A stretch of DNA of 64,000 bases from an uncultured Dehalococcoidia bacterium (GCA_964493125.1 CAZBMS010000003.1:6425-70424); one strand, 5' to 3'; positions 47,298-57,919 are shown, counted from the first letter of the stretch. Translations and numbers: made by a program. Notes: generated from the letters alone by a model not told the origin.

Positions 47298-49043
47298 CTA
47301 AAAGTGTTTGTATCGATTTACGATCGGCATTCGCCGATCTCTACCAAAATTACGGTGCGTTATTTTTATTCCAGGAGATGCCTGTCTCCTCTTATATTCA
47401 CTTCTGTCAACTAAGCGGATAACTTCTTTAACCGCTGCGCTATCGTGTCCCATTTGTATGATTTCATCATAAGCTTTATCGTCCTCGACGTATGCTTTCA
47501 GTATCGGATCTAAGGCCTCATACGGTGGCAAAGAGTCATCATCTCTCTGATTCGGCCGTAGCTCAGCACTGGGCGGCTTTGCGATAATCGTTTCTGGAAT
47601 AAGAGTGGACCCACTAATTCCGTTTACATGAACTGCCAAGTCGTATACGAGGGTCTTAGGAACGTCCTTAATCACTCCAAAGCCTCCTGCCATATCCCCA
47701 TAAAGGGTGCTATACCCAGTTGCCATCTCACTTTTGTTGCCAGTAGTTAGAACCAACCAGCCATACGCGTTGGACATAGCCATCAATATGTTTCCTCGAA
47801 TTCTTGCCTGTAGGTTTTCTTCCGTAATTGGCGGACCTTCAAGGAGGATTTTTTTAAGCATTTTTTCATACGCTGAAAATGCCTGTTCAATCGGAATCGT
47901 TAACATTTCAATACCGAGGTTCTTTGATAGCAAGCTGCTGTCAGTAACGCTTCCTTCAGATGAATACCGCGATGGCATCGAGACCCCTATAACGTTATCA
48001 GCACTTAGCGCCTCGACCGCTATCGCAGCTGTAAGGGCTGAATCAATTCCTCCCGAGAGCCCCACTACTACTTTTTCAAATCCGTTTTTTGAAACATAGT
48101 CACGGGTTCCCAAAACTAGAGCCTTCCTAATTTGTTCGATTGGTTTCAATCGAGTCGAGATTTGAGTGGGTAGGGGGGGTAATTCTTCGATAGCTTTATA
48201 AGTAGACACATCCAAGACCAAGGTTCGTGATTCGCTGAGTTTATCATTGGCATGCTTCTCCCTGCGACCCTTTCCTCTCAAGGCTGGTTTGAATGTTTCA
48301 GCTCCCTCATGCACTTCGATGTCTACAAACATTATTTCTTCGTTAAATTGTTTTCCTTCAAACAGAATCTCCCCTTGCTTATCCACTACAAGACTTCCGC
48401 CATCGAAAACCAGTTCGTCTTGTGCGCCCACTGTATTGGTGTAGGAGATATTCACTCCATTATCAATCGCGCGCTGGGTCAACATTTCAATTCGCTCTTG
48501 ACCTTTTCCTGCATGAAACGGCGACCCATTGATATTCACTATGATCTCAGCTCCTGCCCTTGCTTGGTTGTGCACCGGGCCATTCTCATACCAAATATCT
48601 TCGCAAATATTCACCCCCACTTTAACCCCGTCTATTACATACACTGGACTCTCATCGCCTGGCTCAAAATATCTCTTTTCATCAAAGACACCGTAGTTAG
48701 GCAAAAACATTTTGTGATAGACGTGAGCCAGTCGCCCAGAGCTGACTATCGCTGCAGCGTTATAGAGCCTACCTGCCTTCCTATTCGCAAAGCCCACCAC
48801 TGTCGTGATTCCAGCGCTCTCTCTAACCACGTCATCAAGATATCGAATGTTGTCGTCTATAAACTGTGGTTTAAGAAGTAGATCCTCTGGCGGATACCCA
48901 GGAATCGCCAGCTCGGTAAAAGCTATGAGGTTAGCCTTTACATTTTTTGCTTGTCTAATTGAATCTATGATCTTAGCCGTGTTCCCCCGCAAGTCTCCTA
49001 CCGTTAGATTAAGCTGAGCCATAGCCAATCGAAAAATAGTCAT
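47298..49043 (-). CDS. nadE: Glutamine-dependent NAD+ synthetase
   Basis: An N-terminal CN-hydrolase (nitrilase-like) domain is followed by the C-terminal synthetase PP-loop GLSGGIDS. Confidence 0.9.
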   Translation of the reverse strand: MTIFRLAMAQLNLTVGDLRGNTAKIIDSIRQAKNVKANLIAFTELAIPGYPPEDLLLKPQFIDDNIRYLDDVVRESAGITTVVGFANRKAGRLYNAAAIVSSGRLAHVYHKMFLPNYGVFDEKRYFEPGDESPVYVIDGVKVGVNICEDIWYENGPVHNQARAGAEIIVNINGSPFHAGKGQERIEMLTQRAIDNGVNISYTNTVGAQDELVFDGGSLVVDKQGEILFEGKQFNEEIMFVDIEVHEGAETFKPALRGKGRREKHANDKLSESRTLVLDVSTYKAIEELPPLPTQISTRLKPIEQIRKALVLGTRDYVSKNGFEKVVVGLSGGIDSALTAAIAVEALSADNVIGVSMPSRYSSEGSVTDSSLLSKNLGIEMLTIPIEQAFSAYEKMLKKILLEGPPITEENLQARIRGNILMAMSNAYGWLVLTTGNKSEMATGYSTLYGDMAGGFGVIKDVPKTLVYDLAVHVNGISGSTLIPETIIAKPPSAELRPNQRDDDSLPPYEALDPILKAYVEDDKAYDEIIQMGHDSAAVKEVIRLVDRSEYKRRQASPGIKITHRNFGRDRRMPIVNRYKHF

Positions 49044-49145
49044 TGTTAAATTTTGAAGCCGTACATAAAGTACGTCCAGTTAACCTTAGGTAAAGGACGC
49101 CTGATTTGCATAATCCACCTATTTCCACTCCAAATCAAATCCCTG

Positions 49146-50624
49146 TTACGTCGAAATTGTTTTTGCCAAAGCGCCGGGGAGGCTTCGATGTAACGAGGTT
49201 GAGCCCATCAGGTAAGCATCTATGTGGTGGGCCGCCTCTCTTCCTTCAGCGATAGCCCAAACTACTAGGGATTGTCCTCTCCGCGTGTCTCCCGCAGCAA
49301 AAATGCCGGTGATGCTTGTCATGTGCTGGTTGTCCGTCGACACATTGCCCTTTTCGTCGTAAGAAACACCTAGTTCGTCCAGTAGTCCGCTGTGCTCTGG
49401 TGATACAAATCCGAGGGCTAGAAAGACTAAATCGACTTCCATCTCAAATTCGCTTCCCGTTTTCTCTTGCATCACTAGACTACCGGTATCTTCGGACGCT
49501 ACCCATTCAACCTCCACCGCCACCAGTTTCTCTAATATGCCACTGGCTCCCAGAAAGCCCTTTGTTAGAAGGCTATACTCTCTTTTCCCGCCTTCCTCAT
49601 GCGCCGCCGAAGTCCGGAGCAAAACTGGCCAATAGGGCCAAGGCTCGTTTTCCAAGCGTTTTAACGGGGGCTTTGGCAAAAGCTCATATTGGTGAATTTC
49701 CTTGGCTCCTTGCCGATGTGCTGTTCCTAGACAGTCGGCACCAGTGTCTCCACCTCCCAAAATAACTACGCGCTTTCCACTCGCGTTGATCCTAGAGCCC
49801 TCAGGTATTGTTTGGCCGGCATTTATCCTATTCTGCTGGGTCAGATAATCCATGGCCAAATGAACTCCGTTCAAACCCCTACCTGGAACCTGAAGGTCTC
49901 TAGCCATTGTGGACCCCCCAGTAAGGCAAACTGCGTCGAATTGCTCCCTAAGGCGCCCAGCTGGAATATCTACTCCCACATTTACACTCGTCTTGAAGGT
50001 GATGCCCTCTTGCTGCATCAAGTTAACTTGCCGCTGAACCACTTCCTTTTCCAGCTTGAAGTCTGGTATTCCTAACGTGAGTAGTCCTCCAACATACTCA
50101 TCTCTCTCATACACGGTAACTTTGTGCCCCGCCCGGTTAAGCTGCTGAGCGGCAGCCAAACCCGCTGGGCCTGAGCCGACAATTGCAACGCTTTTGCCAG
50201 TTCTTGACTGCGGCGGCATTGGCTTGATCCATCCTTCCTGAAATCCTTTTTCCGCTATTTCCTTCTCAATGTACTCAATGGTCACAGGGTCTTGATTAAT
50301 ATTGAGCACACACGATTCCTCACAAGGCGCTGGGCAAATCCTGCCTGTAAATTCAGGAAAATTGTTAGTTGCCAGAAGCATGCTGAGGGCCTGTTCCCAC
50401 TTACCTCTATATACTAGATCGTTCCAATCAGGTATCAAGTTTCCTAGGGGACAGCCCGTATGGCAAAACGGCACTGCACAATCCATGCACCTTCCAGCCT
50501 GATCTTGTGAATCTCTCTCTGGCCATTGCAAGTAGAACTCTTTCCAGCTCTTAACTCTCTTTGTAACTGCGTCTCGGGCTGGGCCCTTCCTTCCTAAATG
50601 TAAAAATCCGAGCGGCTTACCCAT
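49146..50624 (-). CDS. gltD: Glutamate synthase small (NADPH) subunit
   Basis: N-terminal Fe-S cysteines (CMDCAVPFC...C), VAIVGSGPAGLAAA and GGGDTGADC dinucleotide folds. 8-nt overlap with the gltB end. Confidence 0.9.
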   Translation of the reverse strand: MGKPLGFLHLGRKGPARDAVTKRVKSWKEFYLQWPERDSQDQAGRCMDCAVPFCHTGCPLGNLIPDWNDLVYRGKWEQALSMLLATNNFPEFTGRICPAPCEESCVLNINQDPVTIEYIEKEIAEKGFQEGWIKPMPPQSRTGKSVAIVGSGPAGLAAAQQLNRAGHKVTVYERDEYVGGLLTLGIPDFKLEKEVVQRQVNLMQQEGITFKTSVNVGVDIPAGRLREQFDAVCLTGGSTMARDLQVPGRGLNGVHLAMDYLTQQNRINAGQTIPEGSRINASGKRVVILGGGDTGADCLGTAHRQGAKEIHQYELLPKPPLKRLENEPWPYWPVLLRTSAAHEEGGKREYSLLTKGFLGASGILEKLVAVEVEWVASEDTGSLVMQEKTGSEFEMEVDLVFLALGFVSPEHSGLLDELGVSYDEKGNVSTDNQHMTSITGIFAAGDTRRGQSLVVWAIAEGREAAHHIDAYLMGSTSLHRSLPGALAKTIST

Positions 50625-53600
50625 ACAGCACCGCCTGAATCTCTTTCGGTTGGCTAATTTGATTTTCTTCGAGTACCCGGCTGTAGGCTATCGGCATCAC
50701 TTTCACAAACTTTTGAATCATGCTCTTCCAATTTTTTATTATGTTTCGTGCGGCTTCACTTCCTGTGTGGGATAGATGCCATTCGATCATCTGTCGAAGA
50801 GCAAGTTGATCAAATGGGTCATCTACCGATTCAAGGTCTACCATTTCCATATTGCAGTTATCTGAAAATCGTCCGTCTTCGTTGAGAACAAACGCAAGAC
50901 CTCCACTCATTCCAGCTGCAAAATTTCTTCCTGTCTGTCCAAGGACAACTATCAATCCTCCAGTCATATATTCACAACAGTGGTCTCCTACGCCCTCCAC
51001 AACCGCCTGGGCAGCACTGTTGCGCACAGCAAATCGTTCTCCAGCCTGCCCACGAACAAACGCCCTTCCCCCAGTTGCACCATACAGAGCAACGTTACCA
51101 ACGATAATATTCTCCTCCGCAACGAATGTGGATCCTTTCTGAGGATATGTTACCAATCGGCCCCCAGACATCCCTTTTCCAAAATAATCGTTGGCATCTC
51201 CTTCAAGCGTCAATGATACGCCTTTCGCCAAAAACGCTCCGAAGCTTTGACCTGCTGATCCCTCAAACGTGTACTGTATCGTGTCATCAGGCAAGCCTTC
51301 TTCTCCATAGAGCATCGCAACCCTGCCGCTTAGCATAGCGCCCACGGTTCGGTTGTGATTGCCTATCGGGAAGCTTGCTTTAATACGGCTTCCGCTTTCT
51401 AGGGCGTCATTTGCCACTCGTATGAGTTCGTGATCTATTGCTTCTTCCAGTCCATGGTTTTGTTTTTCTTTACAATACGTTGCCACATGGTTAGATTCCT
51501 CTGGCCGATACAAAAGTGGCGCGAGGTCTATTCCTTTAGCTTTCCAGTGCTCGATTGCGCTCCGGCTCTCTAGGCGGTCCGCTCGCCCAACCATCTCATT
51601 AACCGTCCTGAAGCCCATGTCAGCCATGATTTCACGGAGCTGCTGTGCTACCATGAAAAAGTAGTTAATAACCGCCTCTGGCTGCCCAGCAAACTGTTTA
51701 CGGAGGTCTGGGTCTTGGGTTGCTATTCCGACAGAACAAGCGTTCAGATGACACTTCCGCAACATTATGCAACCAAGAGTTATCAAGGGAGCCGTAGAGA
51801 ATCCGAATTCCTCTGCACCCAGCAAGCAGGCTATTGCCACATCTCTGCCGGTTTTTAGCTGTCCGTCTGCCTGAACAACTATTCGACCCCTCAGGTCATT
51901 CTGAACCAAAACTTGCTGCGTTTCTGCGATGCCGAGTTCCCAAGGCAACCCAGCGTGTTTAATTGATGACTCAGGAGACGCCCCTGTCCCACCGCTATCA
52001 CCACTTATGAGAACCACATCCGCATGTCCTTTTGATACACCAGCCGCTATTGTGCCGACTCCTACCTCTGCAACCAGCTTAACGTGAATTCTGGCGGAAG
52101 GGTTGACGTTCTTCAGATCGTGGATCAGCTGAGCGAGATCTTCGATGGAGTATATGTCGTGGTGCGGCGGGGGAGATATCAGCTCTACTCCGGGAGTCGT
52201 GCGCCTCACCCACCCTATATACTCATCCACCTTATGTCCGGGTAGTTGACCTCCCTCTCCGGGCTTGGAGCCTTGTGCCATCTTTATTTGCAAGTCTGAG
52301 GCATTGACCAAGTAATTCGTAGTAACGCCGAATCGCCCTGATGCAACTTGCTTAATTGCACTACTTCTTGAGTCTCCATTCAAGTCCTGCGTATACCTTC
52401 CGTAGTCCTCTCCTCCCTCGCCCGTGTTACTCTTCGCATCAATCCGATTCATTGCAATGGCGAGGGTTTCGTGTGCCTCCTTGCTAATCGCTCCCAAGGA
52501 TATAGCACCAGTTGCGAAGCGCTTAACAATTTCCTCTACCGGCTCTACTTCATCGATTGAAATTGCCTTCTCTGGCCGCTTAAAGTCCAGGAGCCCTCTC
52601 AGCGTACAGAGGTTTTGCTCGTATTGATCAGCTAGCTCAGCAAATCTCTTATAGGTGGCATAGTCGCCCGTCTTCGATGCGTGTTGCAACAAGGATATGA
52701 CATTGGGGTTCCACATGTGGTATTCGCCTTCCCTGCGCCATTGATAAACTCCACCTACTTCTACATCCAGCTGTCCAGACAGTTTCGGTTGATGGTACGC
52801 CCTAGCATGACGGCTTAGGCTTTCCTCTTGTATTACAGAGATGCCTGCCCCGCCTATTCGTGATGGAGTCCGCGTGAAATAAAGATCTATCAATTCTTGG
52901 CTGAGGCCAATCGCCTCAAAAATTTGTGCGCCTCTGTAACTCTGCATGGTTGATATGCCCATTTTTGAGGCGATTTTTTGAAGACCTTTGTTAGTTGCCT
53001 TAATAAAGTTCTTTTGAGCAGCTTTGAAGTCCAGCGAATCCGATAGGGCATATTCCTGACCTTTTGTATCCGACAGTATTTCGAAAACTAGGTAAGGGTT
53101 GACCGCACCAGCCCCGTAACCAATAAGCAGGGCGAAATGTTGAACTTCCCTAGGCTCTCCCGATTCTACTACGATTCCCGCCTTCATCCGGAGACCCTCT
53201 CTTATGAGATGATGATGCACAGCGGCCGTAGCTAATAAACTTGGGATATGGGCTTGCTTGGGACCTGAGCCTCTGTCCGACAGAACTAGTATTGTATTTC
53301 CTTCTTTTACTGCACTTGTAGCCTCTTTCAACAGCAAATCAAGCGCCTTTTGCATTTGCCCGTCACCAAGCTCTGGGTAGAAAAGCGTAGAAAGTGTCTT
53401 TGTTTTCAAGGTAGGCACTTTGTTCCCCCTGATCTTTTCCAGCTCCTCATTAGTTAAAACTGGATGGGGCAATTTGAGTTGGCTCGCTTGTTGAGCCGTT
53501 TCCTCAAGCAAGTTTCCCTCGGAACCCAGCCACATCTCCAAAGAGGTGACCAAGTCCTCTCTTATTGCATCAAGTGGTGGATTCGTAACCTGCGCGAATA

Positions 53601-55152
53601 GCTGCTTAAAGTAATTGAAGACAAGCTGTGGCTTCGAAGACAAAGCGGCTAGAGGGGTGTCATTGCCCATCGAGCCAATCGGCTCCCCGCCAGAAACGGC
53701 CATAGGCCAAATCAGAAGGCGCATCTCCTCAGCAGTGTACCCGAAAGCGACTTCTCTTTCTGTAAGAGATGCGCCTTCCTTAGGGGTGCTAAACTCAACC
53801 TCGGGGAGATCCTCCAGCCTGAACATGTTTGTTTCCACCCACTGGTGATATGGCTGACGAGTGGTTATCTCCGCCTTCATCTCCTCATCATCTATAATTC
53901 TGCCTCGCTCAGTATCAAGGAGAAATATTCGACCTGGTCTCAATCTACCTTTGTATAGCACCTTCTCTGGGGGCACATCCAAAACCCCCGTTTCTGAAGC
54001 CATTATTAGGAGATCGTCCTTGGTCACTGTATAGCGAAAGGGGCGTAGGCCATTCCGGTCAAGATTGGCCCCTATTCGTTCACCATCGGTGAATGCCATA
54101 AGTGCTGGCCCGTCCCAAGGCTCCATCAGGGTCGCGTGATACTCGTAAAATGCCCGCTTTTCTCGGGAGATGCTCTTATTCCCGTTCCATGCCTCTGGTA
54201 TCATCATCATCATTGCGTGCGGGAGTGACCTTCCGGCAAGCACCAAGAGCTCGAACAAGTTGTCAAAACTGGCCGTGTCGCTAGCATTCGGGGTTATGGT
54301 AGGGAATAGCTTCTTTATGTCTTCACCAAAATGGGGCGATTCGAGCAGGGCTTCCCTGGCAACCATCCAGTTTATGTTACCTCTAAGCGTGTTAATTTCT
54401 CCGTTATGAGATACGTATCTGTATGGATGTGCCAGCTTCCATGACCCAAGTGTATTTGTGCTAAATCGAGAGTGAACCATCCCGAAACCTGTTTTTAACA
54501 ACGGGTCCTTAAGATCTTTGAAATAGCGATCGAGCTGCGTGCTCGTTACGAGACCTTTGTAAACAATAGTCCTGGTGGATAGGCTGCAAATGTAGAAAGC
54601 CTCTGCCTTTTCTCCCGCCAATTCGGACTCCACTACCTTTCTAACAACGTACAGCTTCCTCTCTAGGCTCAACTGGTCTAGCGCGTTATCTCCTTCGCCC
54701 ACAAAGAATTGCTTTATGACTGGTTCAACATTCTTGGCTGTGCGCCCTATTTGGGTGTTATCAACATCAACGCTTCGCCAACCAAGAAAATCAAGTCCCT
54801 CATTTTCTGATACCCTTTCTATGACTTGCTCACAATGCTTCCTTTCTTTTTCCTCTCTAGGCAAAAAAACCATTCCGGCGCCATAGTGGCCAGCTTCTGG
54901 CAGGTCTACTCCGCTTCGACTCGAAAAAAATTCGTGGGGCATCTGTATAAGTACGCCCGCCCCATCACCGGTTTCAGGATCACTTCCTTCAGCACCCCGG
55001 TGTGCAAGGTGTCTCAACACCTCCATCCCATGCGACACCACATCATGAGACTTTCTGCCTTTGATGTCAGCGACTATGCCTACTCCACAAGCATCGTGTT
55101 CGAATTCTGGTCTATAAAGACCCAGGTGTTTTTCTGATTTATCCATGACCAT
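50617..55152 (-). CDS. gltB: Glutamate synthase large subunit
   Basis: 1511 aa with the N-terminal Ntn amidotransferase Cys (HDACGVG), central FMN/3Fe-4S domains and a C-terminal GXGXG beta-helix. The start overlaps the glnA stop (TAATG). Confidence 0.95.
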   Translation of the reverse strand: MVMDKSEKHLGLYRPEFEHDACGVGIVADIKGRKSHDVVSHGMEVLRHLAHRGAEGSDPETGDGAGVLIQMPHEFFSSRSGVDLPEAGHYGAGMVFLPREEKERKHCEQVIERVSENEGLDFLGWRSVDVDNTQIGRTAKNVEPVIKQFFVGEGDNALDQLSLERKLYVVRKVVESELAGEKAEAFYICSLSTRTIVYKGLVTSTQLDRYFKDLKDPLLKTGFGMVHSRFSTNTLGSWKLAHPYRYVSHNGEINTLRGNINWMVAREALLESPHFGEDIKKLFPTITPNASDTASFDNLFELLVLAGRSLPHAMMMMIPEAWNGNKSISREKRAFYEYHATLMEPWDGPALMAFTDGERIGANLDRNGLRPFRYTVTKDDLLIMASETGVLDVPPEKVLYKGRLRPGRIFLLDTERGRIIDDEEMKAEITTRQPYHQWVETNMFRLEDLPEVEFSTPKEGASLTEREVAFGYTAEEMRLLIWPMAVSGGEPIGSMGNDTPLAALSSKPQLVFNYFKQLFAQVTNPPLDAIREDLVTSLEMWLGSEGNLLEETAQQASQLKLPHPVLTNEELEKIRGNKVPTLKTKTLSTLFYPELGDGQMQKALDLLLKEATSAVKEGNTILVLSDRGSGPKQAHIPSLLATAAVHHHLIREGLRMKAGIVVESGEPREVQHFALLIGYGAGAVNPYLVFEILSDTKGQEYALSDSLDFKAAQKNFIKATNKGLQKIASKMGISTMQSYRGAQIFEAIGLSQELIDLYFTRTPSRIGGAGISVIQEESLSRHARAYHQPKLSGQLDVEVGGVYQWRREGEYHMWNPNVISLLQHASKTGDYATYKRFAELADQYEQNLCTLRGLLDFKRPEKAISIDEVEPVEEIVKRFATGAISLGAISKEAHETLAIAMNRIDAKSNTGEGGEDYGRYTQDLNGDSRSSAIKQVASGRFGVTTNYLVNASDLQIKMAQGSKPGEGGQLPGHKVDEYIGWVRRTTPGVELISPPPHHDIYSIEDLAQLIHDLKNVNPSARIHVKLVAEVGVGTIAAGVSKGHADVVLISGDSGGTGASPESSIKHAGLPWELGIAETQQVLVQNDLRGRIVVQADGQLKTGRDVAIACLLGAEEFGFSTAPLITLGCIMLRKCHLNACSVGIATQDPDLRKQFAGQPEAVINYFFMVAQQLREIMADMGFRTVNEMVGRADRLESRSAIEHWKAKGIDLAPLLYRPEESNHVATYCKEKQNHGLEEAIDHELIRVANDALESGSRIKASFPIGNHNRTVGAMLSGRVAMLYGEEGLPDDTIQYTFEGSAGQSFGAFLAKGVSLTLEGDANDYFGKGMSGGRLVTYPQKGSTFVAEENIIVGNVALYGATGGRAFVRGQAGERFAVRNSAAQAVVEGVGDHCCEYMTGGLIVVLGQTGRNFAAGMSGGLAFVLNEDGRFSDNCNMEMVDLESVDDPFDQLALRQMIEWHLSHTGSEAARNIIKNWKSMIQKFVKVMPIAYSRVLEENQISQPKEIQAVLYG

Positions 55153-56492
55153 TAAAGTATCGGCAGGTATCGCTTGATCTCGTAATCCGTTACGTGCCTG
55201 CTATAAGTTTCCCATTCGATCTTCTTGTTCTTGATGAAGCTCTTGAAAAGATGTTCTCCTAAAGCAGTCTTCAACAGGTCACTTTCTTCTGCAGAGGCTA
55301 TAGCCTCTAACAAGCTTCCGGGGAGAGACTTAACGCCTGCCTTCTCCCTGTCTTCCGAAGATAATTCGTGGACATTTGCCTCAACTGGCTCTGGGGGAAC
55401 ATATCTTCCCTCTACGCCTTGTATTCCCGCAGCGAGCAAGACAGCAAATGCCAAGTAAGGATTACAGGACGGGTCTGGGGCCCTATATTCGATCCTCACC
55501 GACTCTTTTTTCCCTGCGCGATATGCCGGAATCCTTATAAGGTCGGAGCGATTAACCCGAGCCCAAGAAATGTGGACTGGTGCCTCATGACCTGGCACCA
55601 GCCTTTTATAAGAATTAACCCACTGATTAGTTACTAGGGTTATTTCCCGCGCATGTGCCATCAATCCAGCAACAAATTGCCGAGCAAGCTGAGACAACTT
55701 ATAAGGATCGTTTTCCTTAAAGAATGCGTTTTTTCCGTCCTTGAAAAGGGACATGTTCACATGCATTCCGTTGCCGTTGACTCCAGTTATAGGCTTTGGC
55801 ATAAAAGAGGCGTACACCCCATTCCTTACCGCCACCTCCTTAACAGCCTGCCTATATGTCATCACCGTGTCTGCCATTGTTAGAGCATCTGTATATCTTA
55901 AATCTATCTCATGCTGGCTAGGCGCCACCTCGTGGTGGCTATATTCAACGGGTATGCCGATGTCTTCTAGCGTAAGCACAGTCTCTCTTCTAAGTTCAGT
56001 TGACAAATCCTGAGGCGTTTGGTCAAAGTAACCACCTACATCTAACGGTTCAGTGCCGTCAGGACCCTTGAAATAGAAGTGTTCGATCTCTGGGCCTACG
56101 CAAAATGTGTAGCCCAAATCGCTTGCCCGCTTCAAGTTGCGCTTTAGAACACTCCTAGGATCTCCCTCAAAAACGTCGCCTTCTGGAGTCAGCACATCGC
56201 AGAACATTCTTCCGACTGCGTTCTCTCTAGGCCTCCACGGTAGAACTTGAAAAGTCGCAGGATCGGGACGTGCAACCATGTCGCTTTCATCAATCCTGGC
56301 AAATCCTTCTATTGAGGAGCCGTCAAATCCCATTCCTCTTTCAAATGCATTACCGAGCTCCGCAGCGTTAAGCGCAAATCCCTTAAGGTTGCCCAAGATG
56401 TCTGCAAACCAAAGGCGAACGAATCTAACGTCATTATCACGGACGCTTCGGAGAACATATTCTATTGCTTTGCTACGATCATCTGTTTTCAT
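55152..56492 (-). CDS. glnA: Glutamine synthetase type I (appears to lack the adenylylation Tyr)
   Basis: GSI beta-grasp and catalytic domains (FDGSSIEGF, NGMHVNMSLF). I prefer the ATG at 56492; the 36-aa extension from TTG 56600 has no GS counterpart. NVHELS sits where enterobacterial GSI has NLYDLP. Confidence 0.9.
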   Translation of the reverse strand: MKTDDRSKAIEYVLRSVRDNDVRFVRLWFADILGNLKGFALNAAELGNAFERGMGFDGSSIEGFARIDESDMVARPDPATFQVLPWRPRENAVGRMFCDVLTPEGDVFEGDPRSVLKRNLKRASDLGYTFCVGPEIEHFYFKGPDGTEPLDVGGYFDQTPQDLSTELRRETVLTLEDIGIPVEYSHHEVAPSQHEIDLRYTDALTMADTVMTYRQAVKEVAVRNGVYASFMPKPITGVNGNGMHVNMSLFKDGKNAFFKENDPYKLSQLARQFVAGLMAHAREITLVTNQWVNSYKRLVPGHEAPVHISWARVNRSDLIRIPAYRAGKKESVRIEYRAPDPSCNPYLAFAVLLAAGIQGVEGRYVPPEPVEANVHELSSEDREKAGVKSLPGSLLEAIASAEESDLLKTALGEHLFKSFIKNKKIEWETYSRHVTDYEIKRYLPIL

Positions 56493-56690
56493 AAGAGCCT
56501 GCAAGTCTATGCTGATTGTGAAGTAAATGTCAAATGGTTTGTGATTATTTTCGCAATCGCCCGATTCGCTTGCCTGCTCGTGGCAGGCTGTCGATTTCAA
56601 GAGATGCGGTCAATAATGGTTGCGTGTTTCGGCCACAAAGGTGCCGCCTGATGACACTTTCCGCAACGAACTGCTTTGTCTGTTTATTGA

Positions 56691-56723
56691 GGTAGGTGGA
56701 CGGCCTAAGGCCGTCCACCTACC
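56691..56723 (-). terminator. Perfect 15-bp hairpin immediately after glnII (putative terminator, no clear U-tract)
   Basis: GGTAGGTGGACGGCC (56691-56705), loop TAA, then GGCCGTCCACCTACC (56709-56723). It starts 6 nt downstream of the glnII stop. Confidence 0.6.
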
Positions 56724-56728
56724 GCCAC

Positions 56729-57730
56729 TTATTTGCTCGCGTCTCCACAAACCGTATCTATAATAAGTCGTGTTGCGACATAGGGGTCCACGTTCGCGTT
56801 AGGCCTTCTGTCTTCAATGTACCCTTTCTTATCTCTGGCAACCTGCCAAGGAATTCTGACTGAAGCACCCCTATCCGATACCCCATACGAAAATTCCTTA
56901 TAGCTTGCGGTTTCGTGGCGGCCCGTTAATCTATCTTCAATGCCTGCTCCGTAGTTCGCGATGTGCTCAGCAGCGTTTTTCCCCAATGCTTCTGCCGCAG
57001 CCACACACGCGTCGTAGCCTGATCTCATCTGCTTTGTCGAAAAGTTTGTGTGAGCACCCGCGCCATTCCAGTCACCTTGCACAGGCTTTGCAGCAAAAGA
57101 CGCCGTAACGCCATAATCCTCAGCAATCCTCCCCAACAGCCACCTGGCAATCCACAATTCATCGGCTACCCTTGGGGTTCCCACGGGGCCTATTTGAAAC
57201 TCCCATTGACCCGGCATAACCTCTGCGTTTATTCCGGCAATGTGTAGCCCCGCCTCAAGACAAGCATCCATGTGGGCCTCAACTATATCTCTTCCAAAAA
57301 TCACATCTGCCCCTACTCCACAATAATAATCTCCTTGTGGGGCTGGAAACCCGTCAGGGGGCCAACCCAATGGCGCAGCTCCGTCGAAGAAAGTGTATTC
57401 TTGCTCTATCCCAAACCAAGTATCAAAGTCGCCGTATTTCTCGGAAGAAGCGGCGCATGCTGCTCTAGTGTTTGTCGGATGCGGCTTCATGTCTGTCAAC
57501 AAGGTCTCTGTCATAACAAGAACGTTACTGCCTCCCCTTATCGGATCAGGAACAGAAAGGACTGGGCTCAAGACTACATCCGAGTTGTCCCCAGCGGCCT
57601 GCTGGGTGCTTGATCCGTCAAAACCCCATATCGGTGGACTTTCCCCGTTCTCAACAATCTTAGTCTTTGAGCGCAGCCGCGCGGACGGAGTGCTCCCATC
57701 TAACCACAAATACTCTGCTTTATAAGGCAT
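56729..57730 (-). CDS. glnII: Glutamine synthetase type II (eukaryote-like GSII)
   Basis: MPYKAEYLWLDGS...WGFDGSSTQQA...IEQEYTFF are GSII hallmarks. About 333 aa. SD GGGAGG upstream. Confidence 0.85.
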   Translation of the reverse strand: MPYKAEYLWLDGSTPSARLRSKTKIVENGESPPIWGFDGSSTQQAAGDNSDVVLSPVLSVPDPIRGGSNVLVMTETLLTDMKPHPTNTRAACAASSEKYGDFDTWFGIEQEYTFFDGAAPLGWPPDGFPAPQGDYYCGVGADVIFGRDIVEAHMDACLEAGLHIAGINAEVMPGQWEFQIGPVGTPRVADELWIARWLLGRIAEDYGVTASFAAKPVQGDWNGAGAHTNFSTKQMRSGYDACVAAAEALGKNAAEHIANYGAGIEDRLTGRHETASYKEFSYGVSDRGASVRIPWQVARDKKGYIEDRRPNANVDPYVATRLIIDTVCGDASK

Positions 57731-57772
57731 TTTTCCTCCCTGCGTACTTATGGAAGCTTACTGCTCTTTTTC

Positions 57773-57795
57773 CATGTTCACTTAATTGGAACATG
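57773..57795. promoter_or_regulatory. Inverted repeat CATGTTC-N9-GAACATG upstream of glnII (candidate operator)
   Basis: 7-bp perfect arms at 57773-57779 and 57789-57795, 43-65 nt upstream of the glnII ATG. Confidence 0.3.
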
Positions 57796-57919
57796 ACCAT
57801 CGAATCGGCTACCCATAAATCTTTACAACTAATATACAAGCTCATTGACTAAAAAACATCGGGGTTATATTAAGGGTGTGTTACAAAATGCACCCATTGT
57901 GGGCGCCTGCCCTTATTTC

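Noticed and set aside
56517-56532. TnrA/GlnR-type (TGTNA-N7-TNACA) site upstream of glnA: TGACATTTACTTCACA on the minus strand.
   Set aside because: The spacing is N6 rather than N7, and the left half-site is TGACA, which is not the inverted complement of TCACA. It more likely just reflects the TTGACA -35 element.
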